From an uncultured delta proteobacterium (GTDB lineage: Bacteria; Desulfobacterota; Binatia; UBA9968), in the NCBI GenBank assembly GCA_963847445.1, contig CAWJZV010000009.1, positions 102,468 to 166,467 of the forward strand: a stretch of DNA of 64,000 bases, given 5' to 3'. A program made the translations under genes and the position numbers. Shown here piece after piece: positions 54,517 through 64,000 of the stretch (its first letter is position 1; every line of letters begins with the position of its first letter). Below the pieces are notes generated by a model that was given only the letters and a program-made list of their open reading frames with translations, did no database searches and had not been told where the DNA came from.

Positions 54517-55069
54517 TTACCGTCAGGGCTCTCGTGGGTATTGTCCAATCGCGTACCAATTCAGAAATACGCGCGATGTTACCGCCTGGTTCGGCGTGGA
54601 CGATGAGCGCTTCGTCTGACAACGCGGCGACGAGTTCATTTCGTCGGCGTGACGAAACCACCGTCGGACGCCGCGGTCGCTTTTCGAATGGAGAGAGCAG
54701 CAGCAGGCGACCAGTATCCAGCCCTGCACGCCAGTCCATCGGCAGTCGGATTTTATCTAAAGACCGCGCCAAGCAGATAATAATCGGTTGCTTCCCTCGC
54801 AGGAGAATCCGCAGGCATTCCTTCTCCACCGGCGAGTGAAATCCGCTGATAACTGTGACTCCCTCGTCTCGGAGCTTTTGGGCTGCATCGTAAGCAGCGA
54901 GGATAGCATCACCGGGGCAACGGACGGAACAAAACAGCCCTGACTTAGTCTGAGACAGCGACGCGAAATCACCAATGCAGGTTAGTGTTCTTGGAGCATG
55001 TTCGCCCAAGCGCTCGTGCAGGCGGGCGGGATATGCAGCATCGGTTGACTTGATTACCGTGGGATTCAT
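54482..55069 (-). CDS. DprA/Smf-like SLOG-domain protein
   Basis: YPARL, LFCSVRCPG, VISGFHSPVEKE, LLLSPF, RRNELVAALSD...AEPGG. Confidence 0.75.
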   Translation of the reverse strand: MNPTVIKSTDAAYPARLHERLGEHAPRTLTCIGDFASLSQTKSGLFCSVRCPGDAILAAYDAAQKLRDEGVTVISGFHSPVEKECLRILLRGKQPIIICLARSLDKIRLPMDWRAGLDTGRLLLLSPFEKRPRRPTVVSSRRRNELVAALSDEALIVHAEPGGNIARISELVRDWTIPTRALTVITFPSFSSVLR

Positions 55070-55180
55070 CCATGACGGCTTAGCAGGAAATCGAATTTTC
55101 GTCCGGAACATGACGGCTGGTGTCTGGTTTTAAGTCGAGGCATCGCGCCAGCTGCGTGCTTGCGCTTTCTCTAATCCTGG

Positions 55181-55420
55181 CTAGTTCTTTCCCGCTAACC
55201 GCAGGTCCGCAGTGATCGGCAGTTCAAACAAATCGCTGCGAAGGAGCCGAGTTGAGAAAAACAATACCTCGATATTTTCGATCTCCCCGGTTTTTGGGTT
55301 GAGCCTAGCAATGACCTCGTCCCCCAGTTCCTCCGATTCCTGTTCGGGATAGGGCAGGGTCTTGTTGATGTAAAGAATGTCTCCTTGGCGATCGTACTTA
55401 AATGTTAGCTTCGCTCCCAT
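55181..55420 (-). CDS. DUF2283-like antitoxin
   Basis: YDRQGDILYI...SEELGDEVIARLNP...IENIEVL; overlaps the upstream toxin-like gene. Confidence 0.7.
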   Translation of the reverse strand: MGAKLTFKYDRQGDILYINKTLPYPEQESEELGDEVIARLNPKTGEIENIEVLFFSTRLLRSDLFELPITADLRLAGKN

Positions 55421-55731
55421 TCCACGTCTCCTTCCGGAATTCGCCTGGTAACATAGGCTGTGACGACCCAATCTCGGCTCTTGGGGAGGGCCTCGCTGAC
55501 CACGACCACAACCAGGTGTTTCCCTGTCAATAAATCATCATACCATTTTGAAAACAGTCGCGCATTCGCAAAACGCCGGCTTCGCCGGACCTGATCTGGA
55601 TCACGCAAAGTGTCCCCGATCTGATCCTCGTGCTGCGGGAGCAGCTCCGGGTGGGTTTCAGCGATGTGACTCGCGCGCTCGTCGGAGAACTCAACCTCAC
55701 CGCCAAGATAGGGACACGCAAATGTTTTCAT
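55405..55731 (-). CDS. BECR-fold (PBECR2-like) ribonuclease toxin candidate
   Basis: ER..HI...HPEL, TLRDPD.V, hydrophobic strand then WVVTAY; paired with DUF2283-like gene. Confidence 0.6.
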   Translation of the reverse strand: MKTFACPYLGGEVEFSDERASHIAETHPELLPQHEDQIGDTLRDPDQVRRSRRFANARLFSKWYDDLLTGKHLVVVVVSEALPKSRDWVVTAYVTRRIPEGDVEWERS

Positions 55732-55895
55732 CGGCTTACAAAGCTAACGATACTCGCATCGTTGATACACACTGACGGTCGTTGCTCACAAGGATCGAGT
55801 GAAATTCCCATCCTCGTCCCGGACAGAACGCACCAGAATCGACGGCAGATTAGCAATCGCGGTAATGTAGTGCAGTTCCGTAATCTCCGCACGGT

Positions 55896-56095
55896 TCATT
55901 CGTCATCCGCTTCGGCGTCTCGCCCCATCCGGTACTTGATGTCGTAGTTGCCTGCCCTGAGCCTCGCCGAAGGGATGAAGTCCAACTCCTCATCCGTGAA
56001 CCCGTAGTGCGCCGCCAGCACTCGGTCGATTTCGTCGATGATCGGTTCAGACATGCTCGGCCGAAACTCTTGAAATTCGCAGTCCTGCCGTTCAC
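55896..56095 (-). pseudogene. C-terminal remnant of a type IIG/Eco57I-like DNA methyltransferase
   Basis: PIIDEIDRVLAAHYGFTDEELDFI...NYDIKYRMG is a conserved C-terminus of this family as I recall it; rest of the gene is absent. Confidence 0.7.
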
Positions 56096-56189
56096 GAATA
56101 AAGGAATATTTGACGCAACTCCGCATTAAGCGATCGAAGTGTTTCGGCATTTCTTTGAGATGCTTATCACTAACTTCACAAACATCTCA

Positions 56190-56345
56190 ATCAACCAACA
56201 GCTCGCCTACTGGATCCCCTTCGCGGTGATTTCCCGCTGCTGTTTTTTCATCACTCAAGAAGTTTGTGGCTGGTGCTGGACCATATCTTCAACCCGGAAA
56301 AGCAGCTGTTCAGCGTCAGTGCCGAAGAAAACTCCTAGCCGCTAA
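56190..56345 (+). pseudogene. Duplicated 3' end of the DUF983 gene
   Basis: Direct repeat of 54361..54503 encoding INQQLAYWIPFAVI... Confidence 0.8.
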
Positions 56346-56681
56346 CCCTTCATCCCTTACGCGTCTGCTCCTGACACTGAACCGCCTGCTCGCCCACTGC
56401 CGCAAGGCATCCGCATCTTCGATGATCTCCACCGGCACCTGGTAATAGCTCTTGAGCGTCTGCTTGGCGCTGGGGCGAAACGGTTTCATCTTGCGCTTGC
56501 GGTATTCGCCGACTGTAGACTCGTCGATTTTGAAGAACAGTTTGCCCTTGTGAACGATGCCGAAGAAAGTCTCGTCCTGATACAAGCCATGCCCGCCGAA
56601 CATCCGCCGCGCCTCGACGCTGTGGATTTCGCTCAGCTGGTCGACAATAAAATCTTTGAACGATTCATCCTTCTTATTCAT
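56316..56681 (-). CDS. TfoX/Sxy N-terminal domain protein
   Basis: ARRMFGGHGLY, KLFFKID, SYYQVPVEIIED. Confidence 0.85.
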   Translation of the reverse strand: MNKKDESFKDFIVDQLSEIHSVEARRMFGGHGLYQDETFFGIVHKGKLFFKIDESTVGEYRKRKMKPFRPSAKQTLKSYYQVPVEIIEDADALRQWASRRFSVRSRRVRDEGLAARSFLRH

Positions 56682-56736
56682 GGCGATCCGAAGACGTTTT
56701 GAACGACTTGAACATTTGAACGTTTTGAACGAATCT

Positions 56737-57597
56737 TTATCCGATGGCCAATCCGACAATCCCCAACACCATCGCGCCGGCAGCGGCGAGCCGGCGCGGC
56801 GCATCGCCTTCGGCGAGCATGCGCGCGCCCAGCGCCGTGCCGATAAGGATGCTGATCTCGCGCGCCGGCGCGACGTAACTCACCGGCGTAAAACTCATGG
56901 CGGTGAGCACGAGGATATAGGATAGCGGGATCAGGATCGCGATCGCGATCGCCTCCCATTTATGCTCGCGCCACTCGATGACGGCTTCCTCGGAATAGCG
57001 CAGGGCGAAGGGCGTCAACAAAATTGCCCGCCCGACATTGGCGCCCCAGTCCAAAACCATCGGCATGATGGCGAAATGGCTCACCGCCTGCTTGTCCCAC
57101 AGGGTGTAGGCAGCGATGAATAAACCGGTGATCAGCGCATAGCCGACCGCGGCGCGCGTGCCGCTCTGGCGCAGCCGCGCAAAGTTGCCAGCCAACACCA
57201 TCACACCGCCGATGATCAAGAGCGCGCCGACTAGGGCGATGGCCGACGGCCGCTCGCCGAGAAATAGTATCGCCGCCAGCGTTGATAGCAGCGGCCCGGT
57301 GCCGCGCGCCAACGGATAAACCAGCGACAAGTCGCCGACCCGATACCCTTGATTGAGAAGCAAGAAATAGCCGGTGTGCAGCGCCGCGCTGCCGGCCATC
57401 ATGCCGACCTCGACGAAGCTGAACTTCAGCTGCCAGATCTCGATGATCGCAATCGTCGCCGGCGCGTAGAACAACGCCGACAACACCGCGACGATCCAAG
57501 TAAATGTCGCATGGCCACTCGCCTGCTTATTGATCAGATTCCACGTCGCGTGAATGACCGCGGCGCCAAGAATCAACGTTAGTGCAAAACCTGTCAT
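56737..57597 (-). CDS. EamA/DMT family transporter
   Basis: HATWNL, GDLSLVYPLARG, YTLWDK, SYVAPAREISIL; ~10 TM. Confidence 0.88.
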   Translation of the reverse strand: MTGFALTLILGAAVIHATWNLINKQASGHATFTWIVAVLSALFYAPATIAIIEIWQLKFSFVEVGMMAGSAALHTGYFLLLNQGYRVGDLSLVYPLARGTGPLLSTLAAILFLGERPSAIALVGALLIIGGVMVLAGNFARLRQSGTRAAVGYALITGLFIAAYTLWDKQAVSHFAIMPMVLDWGANVGRAILLTPFALRYSEEAVIEWREHKWEAIAIAILIPLSYILVLTAMSFTPVSYVAPAREISILIGTALGARMLAEGDAPRRLAAAGAMVLGIVGLAIG

Positions 57598-57618
57598 GGC
57601 ATCATCCCGCGGCGCCAC

Positions 57619-58098
57619 TCAACCCGTTTCCTCTGATTGCAATATCCGCTCGCCGACCCGAATTACGCCGCCGCTGACGATCCCAGCGCGCAGACCGCCG
57701 CGATGAATCAACCCATGCGCGGCGCCCTTGGCGGCGAGTTTTTCCATGTGCAAACAAGGCTCGCACAGGCGCATGCCGCGCAGCACCACGGCACCGATGA
57801 CAAAGGTTTTCCCAACCAGATTATTGAGCGCAACAGCGCGAGTGACGATATTACGTCTCGCCAATCCGGGCGGCAATTGGATATCGTACTCACGCGCCAG
57901 CGCTGCAACGGCTTCACTCTCGATCAATGTGATTTCACGTCCCGAGCCAGGATGGGTCGAATAGGTGCCGGTCTGTTCGAAGTAGCGGTCCCCTTCAAGG
58001 CCTCGTCCAGCGACCGCAATGACGGTTGCAACGCTCTGCATTGGCGCCGCCGCCTGTGCGGCAATGTGCAACGAAACGACCAGAGCTTGCGTCGGCAT
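57619..58098 (-). CDS. MOSC domain protein
   Basis: GLEGDRY, RRNIVTR, CEPC, RGGLRA. Confidence 0.88.
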   Translation of the reverse strand: MPTQALVVSLHIAAQAAAPMQSVATVIAVAGRGLEGDRYFEQTGTYSTHPGSGREITLIESEAVAALAREYDIQLPPGLARRNIVTRAVALNNLVGKTFVIGAVVLRGMRLCEPCLHMEKLAAKGAAHGLIHRGGLRAGIVSGGVIRVGERILQSEETG

Positions 58099-58109
58099 CG
58101 TTTCCGCTA

Positions 58110-59750
58110 TCAGACCTTGACCTTGCCGCGCGCTTCCAAGACTTTGTCGACCACCGTCTCGATGTTCTCCTCGTCGGTGAAAGGTGAGAGAATAAACGAT
58201 TTCAACGCGGCCACCGGCTCGCCGTAGCTGGTTTCCCGGTAAGAATCGGTGAGCGAGATCACCACGCCGCGGCCGGCCATCGCTTCGCCGTGGACGTAGT
58301 CAAAAATCTTGCGGTTATAAGCGTTATGGCGCAGCAGGGTATCGCGAAACTTTTCGTCATCCATCTCCTGGTCTTTAATCGCGAAGGTATCGACACCGTC
58401 AGGGTAGGCGCGGAACAGAGTTACCGTGCCGAAGTTGTCGCGGTTGAGCACCGCGGTGGCGGCATGGCCTTCGAGATGCTCGCGCAGCAGCTGGGTCATC
58501 TCGACGATATGGCCGAGCATGACCCGCAGACCCTCCTTGCCGAGCAGTTTTAAATTGGCCAAGGCCGCCAGCGCGCCCATGCCGCTGCGCGAGGTCTCAA
58601 GCGTGAACATGCCGGGACGGTGCTCGCCGAACTGATAAAGATACGGCATCTGCTCTTGGCTGCGCATCAACAGGCGCAGATCGTCGCGCTCTTTGAACAA
58701 CACCAGGCTTGAAATATACGGCGTGAAGCCGGTCTTGTGAAAGTCGATGCCGATGGAGTCGGCCAGATGCAGATGGCGAATGCGCTGACAGGCGCCCGCC
58801 AGAGCGCGCACCGTGCGCGGACGAAACTGCAACGGGTTATGCTCGAAATCGTAGTCGGCGAAGGCTTGCCACGCCCAGCCGATGACCGCGTCCGCATGGA
58901 CATGCGGACGGTAGGGCAGGTTGAATTCGCTGACCAGCTCGTCACGCAAATTGACCATGGCTTCGAGATCGTCGATACCGAACGCATCGGTCGTTCCCAT
59001 GGTGGCGATGAAGGCGGCGATGGGCCAGCCGCTTTGCAATGCCGTTCGCGCATGATCGCGCAGGACATCGATCTTTATAGCGTTGCGCGCGTCGGTCGGG
59101 ATCGTAATAAGATTTTTCGCGCCGAGGCCGAGCCAGCCGGCGATGTTGTAACGGCAGTAGTGGCTGCAGTCGCTGGCAAACATGACCGCGCCCGCGCCGA
59201 CGCCATTTTGCATGGCGCCGGGCACCGCCTTCTCCAGACCGACCTTGACGCCGTAGAGCGTCGTCGCCGTGCCACCGAAAGTGAAGACGCCGGAGGCGCG
59301 CGCCGGATCGTAGCCCATCAGTCCCGCGGTCATCGCCACCGCCTCGACCTCAGCAAGGGCGACTTTATGGCTGTACTCATCCCACGCCAGGTTGGGATTG
59401 TAGAGTCCGGTCAGGACCGTCGCGATCAGCGACGAGATCGACGGCGGCGGCACGACGTTAATCTGCGTGCGCGGATGGCCCCAAATTGTCAGGCCTTTGA
59501 AATAGTCAACCAGGTTCGCCGTTACTTCTTCCACCGTCGACGACGATTCCGCCAAGCGCGCCATTTGCGCCGCGCCGTAATCCAGTGGTTCGCGCGGCCC
59601 CAGCACCGGCACTTCGCTCTTGAGGCCGTCGACCATGTCCAACGCGCGCATGATGCTATGGACGAAATAAGAATCATGCACCCGGTCGGACACCGGCTTG
59701 GGAAATGCCATGCGAATCTTTTCTAGTTTTTCATGGTAAGATGTCGCCAT
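58110..59750 (-). CDS. Group II PLP-dependent decarboxylase
   Basis: FGGT, SHY, MGTTDAFGIDD, HADA, DFHK (PLP lysine), LETSR. Confidence 0.85.
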   Translation of the reverse strand: MATSYHEKLEKIRMAFPKPVSDRVHDSYFVHSIMRALDMVDGLKSEVPVLGPREPLDYGAAQMARLAESSSTVEEVTANLVDYFKGLTIWGHPRTQINVVPPPSISSLIATVLTGLYNPNLAWDEYSHKVALAEVEAVAMTAGLMGYDPARASGVFTFGGTATTLYGVKVGLEKAVPGAMQNGVGAGAVMFASDCSHYCRYNIAGWLGLGAKNLITIPTDARNAIKIDVLRDHARTALQSGWPIAAFIATMGTTDAFGIDDLEAMVNLRDELVSEFNLPYRPHVHADAVIGWAWQAFADYDFEHNPLQFRPRTVRALAGACQRIRHLHLADSIGIDFHKTGFTPYISSLVLFKERDDLRLLMRSQEQMPYLYQFGEHRPGMFTLETSRSGMGALAALANLKLLGKEGLRVMLGHIVEMTQLLREHLEGHAATAVLNRDNFGTVTLFRAYPDGVDTFAIKDQEMDDEKFRDTLLRHNAYNRKIFDYVHGEAMAGRGVVISLTDSYRETSYGEPVAALKSFILSPFTDEENIETVVDKVLEARGKVKV

Positions 59751-59839
59751 GGAATTCCCCCAGATCCTAACTATTCATTTTCAACGAACAGCTTCAATAG
59801 TTCTGCGACGCGAATCGAGCGAAACAAAATCAAACCGCA

Positions 59840-60063
59840 ATCCGAAGCAGGAAATTCCGAAACAAACACGATGCAAAATAAGTTCCATAAATCCGGATAA
59901 ATCCAAAACGAGGAATCCGACTCAGAATTGTTTGGAACTTTGTGTGTTTTTTGAATCATTCGAATTTGTTTCGAATTTCGGGTTTCGTGATTTCGCGATT
60001 TCACTTTGGTCATTTCAATTTGTTGCGATTTCGGTCCGCGAGGCTTCCTTTGAAATTCGGATT
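59840..60063 (+). repeat. Family B MITE-like element copy 3 (extended)
   Basis: Shares aaatccaaaacgaggaatccga...ttgtttggaac...gaatttgtttcg with the 26565 and 41745 copies. Confidence 0.75.
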
Positions 60064-60089
60064 CTCAGTACATTGGCACTTTGCGCGAG

Positions 60090-60947
60090 TCATCTCTTTC
60101 TTGCCACCAGGGCGTTAATCTCCGGCGTCTGCACGCCGTCTTTCAATAGGCTGCATGTGCCCTTTTCAAGAATTTCCTGGGCCAATTTTTTGGTTCCTGT
60201 AATCGCCGCCTTCATGAATCCGGAACCATAACTCACCCGCGCCATGCCGAGATCTTGCAACTGGCTCACGCTGGGCGACTGCGGCCCGGCAAGGATACTG
60301 ACCGGCGCCTTCACCTCCTTGGCGACGATGCCGATCGTCTCCGCCGAGTGCAGATTTAGATAGAAAATGCAGTCGCCGCCGGCTTCGGCGTAGGCGTTGC
60401 CGCGGCGAATCGCTTCGTCGAGGGCTTTCTTGGGATCGCTGGTCATAACATGGAAGGAATCGACCCGCGCGTTGAGAAAAAACTCGCTGCCGAGCTCGCG
60501 CTTCGCGTCCATCACGGCGGTTATTTTCTCTAACTGTTGGCCGAGCTCGACCAAGCCGCTGCCGCCTTTGGCGATGCTGTCTTCGAGATTCATGCCGGCA
60601 ACACCGGCGGCGACTAATGCGCGCACGGTTTCTTTTATGCCCGCGGCATCGCCATAGCCCTTTTCACCGTCGGCGTTGACTGGCAGCGACACCGCCGCGG
60701 CAAAGCTCGCCGTCACCTGGACGAACAGTTCGCGGCTCATCGCTTCACCGTCGGGATAACCCAACGCCGCGGCGATGCCGCCGCTGGTGCCTTGGATCGC
60801 TTGGAAGCCCAATTGCTGAAACAGCAGCGCGCTCAAGACATCGTAGGCGCCGGGCATGACGAGTATCTCCGGCGCGCGGACTAATTCTCTGAGCCTTCGG
60901 CTTTTTAGATTGGCATTTTCCAGGACGTTAGTTGCAATTGGTTCCAT
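60090..60947 (-). CDS. Isocitrate lyase/PEP mutase family protein
   Basis: PGAYDVLSA, LGYPDGE, ADGEKGYG, GMNLED, LNARVD, AYAEAGGD. Confidence 0.88.
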   Translation of the reverse strand: MEPIATNVLENANLKSRRLRELVRAPEILVMPGAYDVLSALLFQQLGFQAIQGTSGGIAAALGYPDGEAMSRELFVQVTASFAAAVSLPVNADGEKGYGDAAGIKETVRALVAAGVAGMNLEDSIAKGGSGLVELGQQLEKITAVMDAKRELGSEFFLNARVDSFHVMTSDPKKALDEAIRRGNAYAEAGGDCIFYLNLHSAETIGIVAKEVKAPVSILAGPQSPSVSQLQDLGMARVSYGSGFMKAAITGTKKLAQEILEKGTCSLLKDGVQTPEINALVARKR

Positions 60948-61433
60948 CGCAGTCTCCCCAACCTTTCTTGAGTGATGACCGGACTTTACCGTAAAGACGG
61001 AACTGAAGGAAAGGCCTTGCCAAGGGTGGGCCATCAACGCGGTAACTGTGTGTGTGCGGCGTCTAAATTAGAATCGTTAAACCATTGCGGCGAGAAGAAG
61101 TTTTCAGTCCGTTCACCGGGCCCACCGGACCGATGGTCCTGGTATCGAAGCCTTCTTAAAACTTTTCGGAAAGCGCTAAGCTATCGCTCAGAGCTTCGTG
61201 TCCTGGACGGGAAGTATGCGATCCAAGCCGGAGGGCAAAATATCGTCATGTCGGCGAAGGCGGGAAGGGAATACAGGTTGGCGATTTTCGTAGATTCTGG
61301 GTCCCCCCGGCCTTCGCCGAGGGGACCCCGGAAAAGAGGATGAATTTTGTACTGAACTTCCAGGTCCCTACACTACCGTCAAACTGAGATTCCGATCGAA
61401 TCTTACGGTTGCCGATTGCCTGGCGCCCGCTGA

Positions 61434-62504
61434 TCAGCCATTCAATGGCGAGACATACTCTTTTCGGACGAACCCGACCTGGCCGCCCGCTGCGCTTCGC
61501 ACTTTGAGCCAGTCGCCGCGATGTTCCAAGATGCTCAGCTGCGTCGCTTCTTCCACTTCGCGCACACTGTTGGCGGAATAGCGCGGGTTGTCGCGCATCG
61601 CCAGTGGGCGGTTCGCGACGACCACGACGAGAGCTTTCGCCTGAACTTTCGCTTTAGCTGTTGGCGCGACGGTTGCGACGGCGATGGGCTTGGCGGCAAT
61701 CTGCGGTTGTGCCGGCGCTGCGGCAACGGATTTTTGCTCCTTCTGCATGGGAGTGAAAGGAACGACGTCGAGCGCCTTTTCCGTGACCTTAGTTACCGGC
61801 CGCGCCGGGGCATTTGCCAAAGCACCTGGCGAATCGTCATCGCCCGGCGCGCGGCGCACTGTGCGCTCCCACTGGACGATCATCTCCGGGTCCATTCCTT
61901 TGGGAATGAACAATAGCGGCACGGTGATCTCCGCCGCTTCGGCGCTGCCCTTGGGGAATTTCCATTCGCGCACATCGTCGATCACGGTTTTGACAAAGCT
62001 GGAATTGTTGACGTGAGAATTCACCGGTTCGACGCGCACCACATTGCCGGCAGCGTCGACCATGAGCTTCAACGACACACTACCCATCAGCTCCTGCTTA
62101 CGATCGGACCAGCTATTGAACGTGTGGTGCAGCCGGGCGAGATGTTCCATCGCTGCCTGTTCAAAAAGCTCTTTGGTCGACGCCGAAGCGCTTTTCGAGC
62201 GCACACTCAGGCCCAGGGTGTCCACGGCTAACACCGTGCTCTGAGTCTTTGTAACTCTTTCCGTCTCGATCAAAGCCTGGAGCTTTGCCCAGAGATTTTC
62301 GTCCCCTGCCATCAGACCGCAAAGCGGCATCGCTAGGAGTCCGACCATGGCGATGGTCATCGCGCGAATCTTTGCTGTCAGTTTCGCCATATCCGGCACT
62401 GCTGGACTTGCCTCCAATGAACCAGGGATCGAAACGATGGCATCTTCCCTGAGTTCAATGCATCTTTTGTTGCCGTGGAGCACGATTGCTTGGCTGTATT
62501 CCAT
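61434..62504 (-). CDS. Exported protein with TonB-C/AgmX-PglI-like domain, Ala/Pro linker and C-terminal SH3b domain
   Basis: GSVSLKLMVDAAGNV...VREWKFP...ITVPLLF; MRDNP...GDWLKVR...GFVRKEYV. Confidence 0.7.
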   Translation of the reverse strand: MEYSQAIVLHGNKRCIELREDAIVSIPGSLEASPAVPDMAKLTAKIRAMTIAMVGLLAMPLCGLMAGDENLWAKLQALIETERVTKTQSTVLAVDTLGLSVRSKSASASTKELFEQAAMEHLARLHHTFNSWSDRKQELMGSVSLKLMVDAAGNVVRVEPVNSHVNNSSFVKTVIDDVREWKFPKGSAEAAEITVPLLFIPKGMDPEMIVQWERTVRRAPGDDDSPGALANAPARPVTKVTEKALDVVPFTPMQKEQKSVAAAPAQPQIAAKPIAVATVAPTAKAKVQAKALVVVVANRPLAMRDNPRYSANSVREVEEATQLSILEHRGDWLKVRSAAGGQVGFVRKEYVSPLNG

Positions 62505-62929
62505 GAGTCCCTCCAATTTCTCCCGGCGACACTGTCAGCCCATTGGGTTCCAATGGCGCATGCGCGCTAAATTGCCGACTGCCGGTGATGGTTATGAGTA
62601 GTTAGGAATCTTTGCGATTGAGTCGTCGCCGAGACAGGGTAGCAACGGTGAGGCCAATTGAACCTCGGTGAGGCTAGGAAGAAATTCGCACTTCTGGAAG
62701 TTCTACGAAAGATGGACCGACCGAATTGGACCGTCACAGTGAGAAACTGAACAAGCAAATCGGCAATCTAGAGATATTTCGGCGTGATTTGGGAACTTTC
62801 GGCCACAGGACTTGAGCCACTCAGATCCGGCGTTTAGCAAACCGCGCCACCGGAACCACGCGGCGGTTTTGATCTTCGATATGACGGGACACTTCCTGGC
62901 TTTGCTCGGCTGGTGTGATTGACCCGTCG

Positions 62930-63418
62930 TTAACGATCCGACAGGCGCCCGCGCCAGATCATTTTCCGATGGGCGATGCCTGCTTCGTCGAAGATCGCTC
63001 CGGTGCCGCGAAAGTTCAGGCGCTCGTAGAAACCGCTCACGGCGACTTGTGCGTGCAAGTAAATCCGACGCGCGTGCAACCGTCGCGCCACCGCCACCGC
63101 CCGCGTTAGCAATTGCCGGCCCACGCCTCTGCGCCGGTAGCTTTTCAACACCGCCATGCGGCCGATCTTGGCGGCGCCGCGATGCCACACCACCCTTGCC
63201 GTCCCAACCGGATTGGCGCCGACGGTGGCGAGAAAGTGAATCGCCCGCTGGTCATCGTCATCCAGCTCGATGTCGCTGGGCACGCCCTGTTCCTTGACGA
63301 ACACTTTGATCCGGATGGCGAAGGCTTGGGCCAGTTCTTTTTCACTGGATACTCGCTTGACCGCAACTCCGGGCGGCTTGTTAATCGATGATGTCAATTG
63401 TCCGCTGCGCTTGCTCAT
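62930..63418 (-). CDS. GNAT N-acetyltransferase (ElaA/YjcF-like)
   Basis: IRIKVFVKEQGVP, KIGRMAVL, RRRGVG, LHAQ, FYERL, FDEAGIAH. Confidence 0.9.
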   Translation of the reverse strand: MSKRSGQLTSSINKPPGVAVKRVSSEKELAQAFAIRIKVFVKEQGVPSDIELDDDDQRAIHFLATVGANPVGTARVVWHRGAAKIGRMAVLKSYRRRGVGRQLLTRAVAVARRLHARRIYLHAQVAVSGFYERLNFRGTGAIFDEAGIAHRKMIWRGRLSDR

Positions 63419-63519
63419 TTTGCTCGTATGGTGGAAACCAGTTGGCTTTTACCTACCTCATGTTGACACTGGCTAAACTTCTCAGATATTTACTCTAGTG
63501 AAAAGGGGAAATCATCACC

Positions 63520-63840
63520 ATGAAACAGACCTGCTTTGTTTGCCAAAATATCGACTGCCAGAGCCGCGGCTCGGAAGCGCTGATGAAGGAACTCACCGAC
63601 ATGGTCGCCGCCAAAGCGATCGACGCTGAAGTGAAGCCCTATATCTGCTTCGGCGGCTGCGACTTCGGCCCCAATGTCGTTGTGCATCCGCAAAAAAACT
63701 GGTACGCCGGCGTCCAGAAACAAGACCTGCCGGAGATCGTCAATTCACTCGCCGGCGGCCCGGCGGTCACCCGCCTCGATACCATCGACCCATCGCTAAA
63801 AGATATCGTTTACTCGCTGTTGGATGCCGGTGTCGTCTGA
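63520..63840 (+). CDS. Thioredoxin-like [2Fe-2S] ferredoxin
   Basis: VCQNIDC...CFGGCDFGPNVVVHP...WY. Confidence 0.85.
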   Translation: MKQTCFVCQNIDCQSRGSEALMKELTDMVAAKAIDAEVKPYICFGGCDFGPNVVVHPQKNWYAGVQKQDLPEIVNSLAGGPAVTRLDTIDPSLKDIVYSLLDAGVV

Positions 63841-63924
63841 TCGAGCGGACAGCCTGGCCGTTGAACCTCAACCCTTCGCGGCAATCAGGCCACTCGTCCG
63901 CGTCGACTGCATTTACCTATCCCT

Positions 63925-64000
63925 ATGCACATAATCGCGATTGCGTTAGCGTTCGTGCTGCTGAACGTTACCGGTACCAACGCCTTCGCCCAGCAGCGCC
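63925..64000 (+). CDS. 5' end of a secreted protein (runs off window)
   Basis: MHIIAIALAFVLLNVTGTNAFAQQR resembles a Sec signal peptide (AFA cleavage site). Confidence 0.5.
   Translation, partial: MHIIAIALAFVLLNVTGTNAFAQQR

Larger units (their letters stand above)
54361..56332. mobile_element. Degenerate genomic islet bounded by ~140-bp direct repeats of the DUF983 3' end
   Basis: 54361..54503 is similar to 56190..56332; interior has lower GC, all genes on the minus strand, defence-type cargo; no integrase. Confidence 0.7.

Noticed and set aside
54482-56681. DprA-like plus TfoX as a competence locus
   Set aside because: The DprA-like gene is the short SLOG-only type inside the islet, TfoX-N lies outside the duplication, and no com genes are present.
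61240-61345. GC-rich hairpins possibly forming an ncRNA or riboswitch
   Set aside because: They resemble a degenerate REP doublet like 12184..12262; I recognised no known RNA motif.

Overview
This is a GC-rich bacterial chromosomal window. Its gene content (many orphan SsuA/NMT1-type binding proteins, amidohydrolases, palindromic intergenic repeats) resembles Binatota/'deltaproteobacterial' MAGs, which is an inference. Many single-base frameshifts split otherwise intact genes, most likely long-read assembly errors. 1-27 kb is metabolism: lipA, a class V aminotransferase, an amidase with a TRAP transporter, glcD-glcF-glcE, a LysM lytic transglycosylase, five orphan binding proteins, a heme-oxygenase-like oxidase, tartronate semialdehyde reductase, an amidohydrolase, a cupin and a nitroreductase. 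27.5-43.9 kb is the most striking part, a repeat-studded signalling locus. It holds a DUF4160/DUF2442 TA pair and two giant paralogous cytoplasmic histidine kinases with 7 and 12 tandem ~510-bp GAF modules. In these, near-identical DNA linkers alternate with variable cores, and one core recurs six times across both genes. The locus also has a cytidylate-kinase-like/BON protein, a DivK-like receiver and a REC-class III nucleotide cyclase with non-canonical specificity residues. 44-64 kb has a PBP, queE, a double-length uvrA, a ~1.7-kb defence-type islet inserted at the 3' end of a DUF983 gene (with a ~140-bp duplication), and assorted enzymes. I found no rRNA, tRNA, CRISPR array, integrase or transposase.
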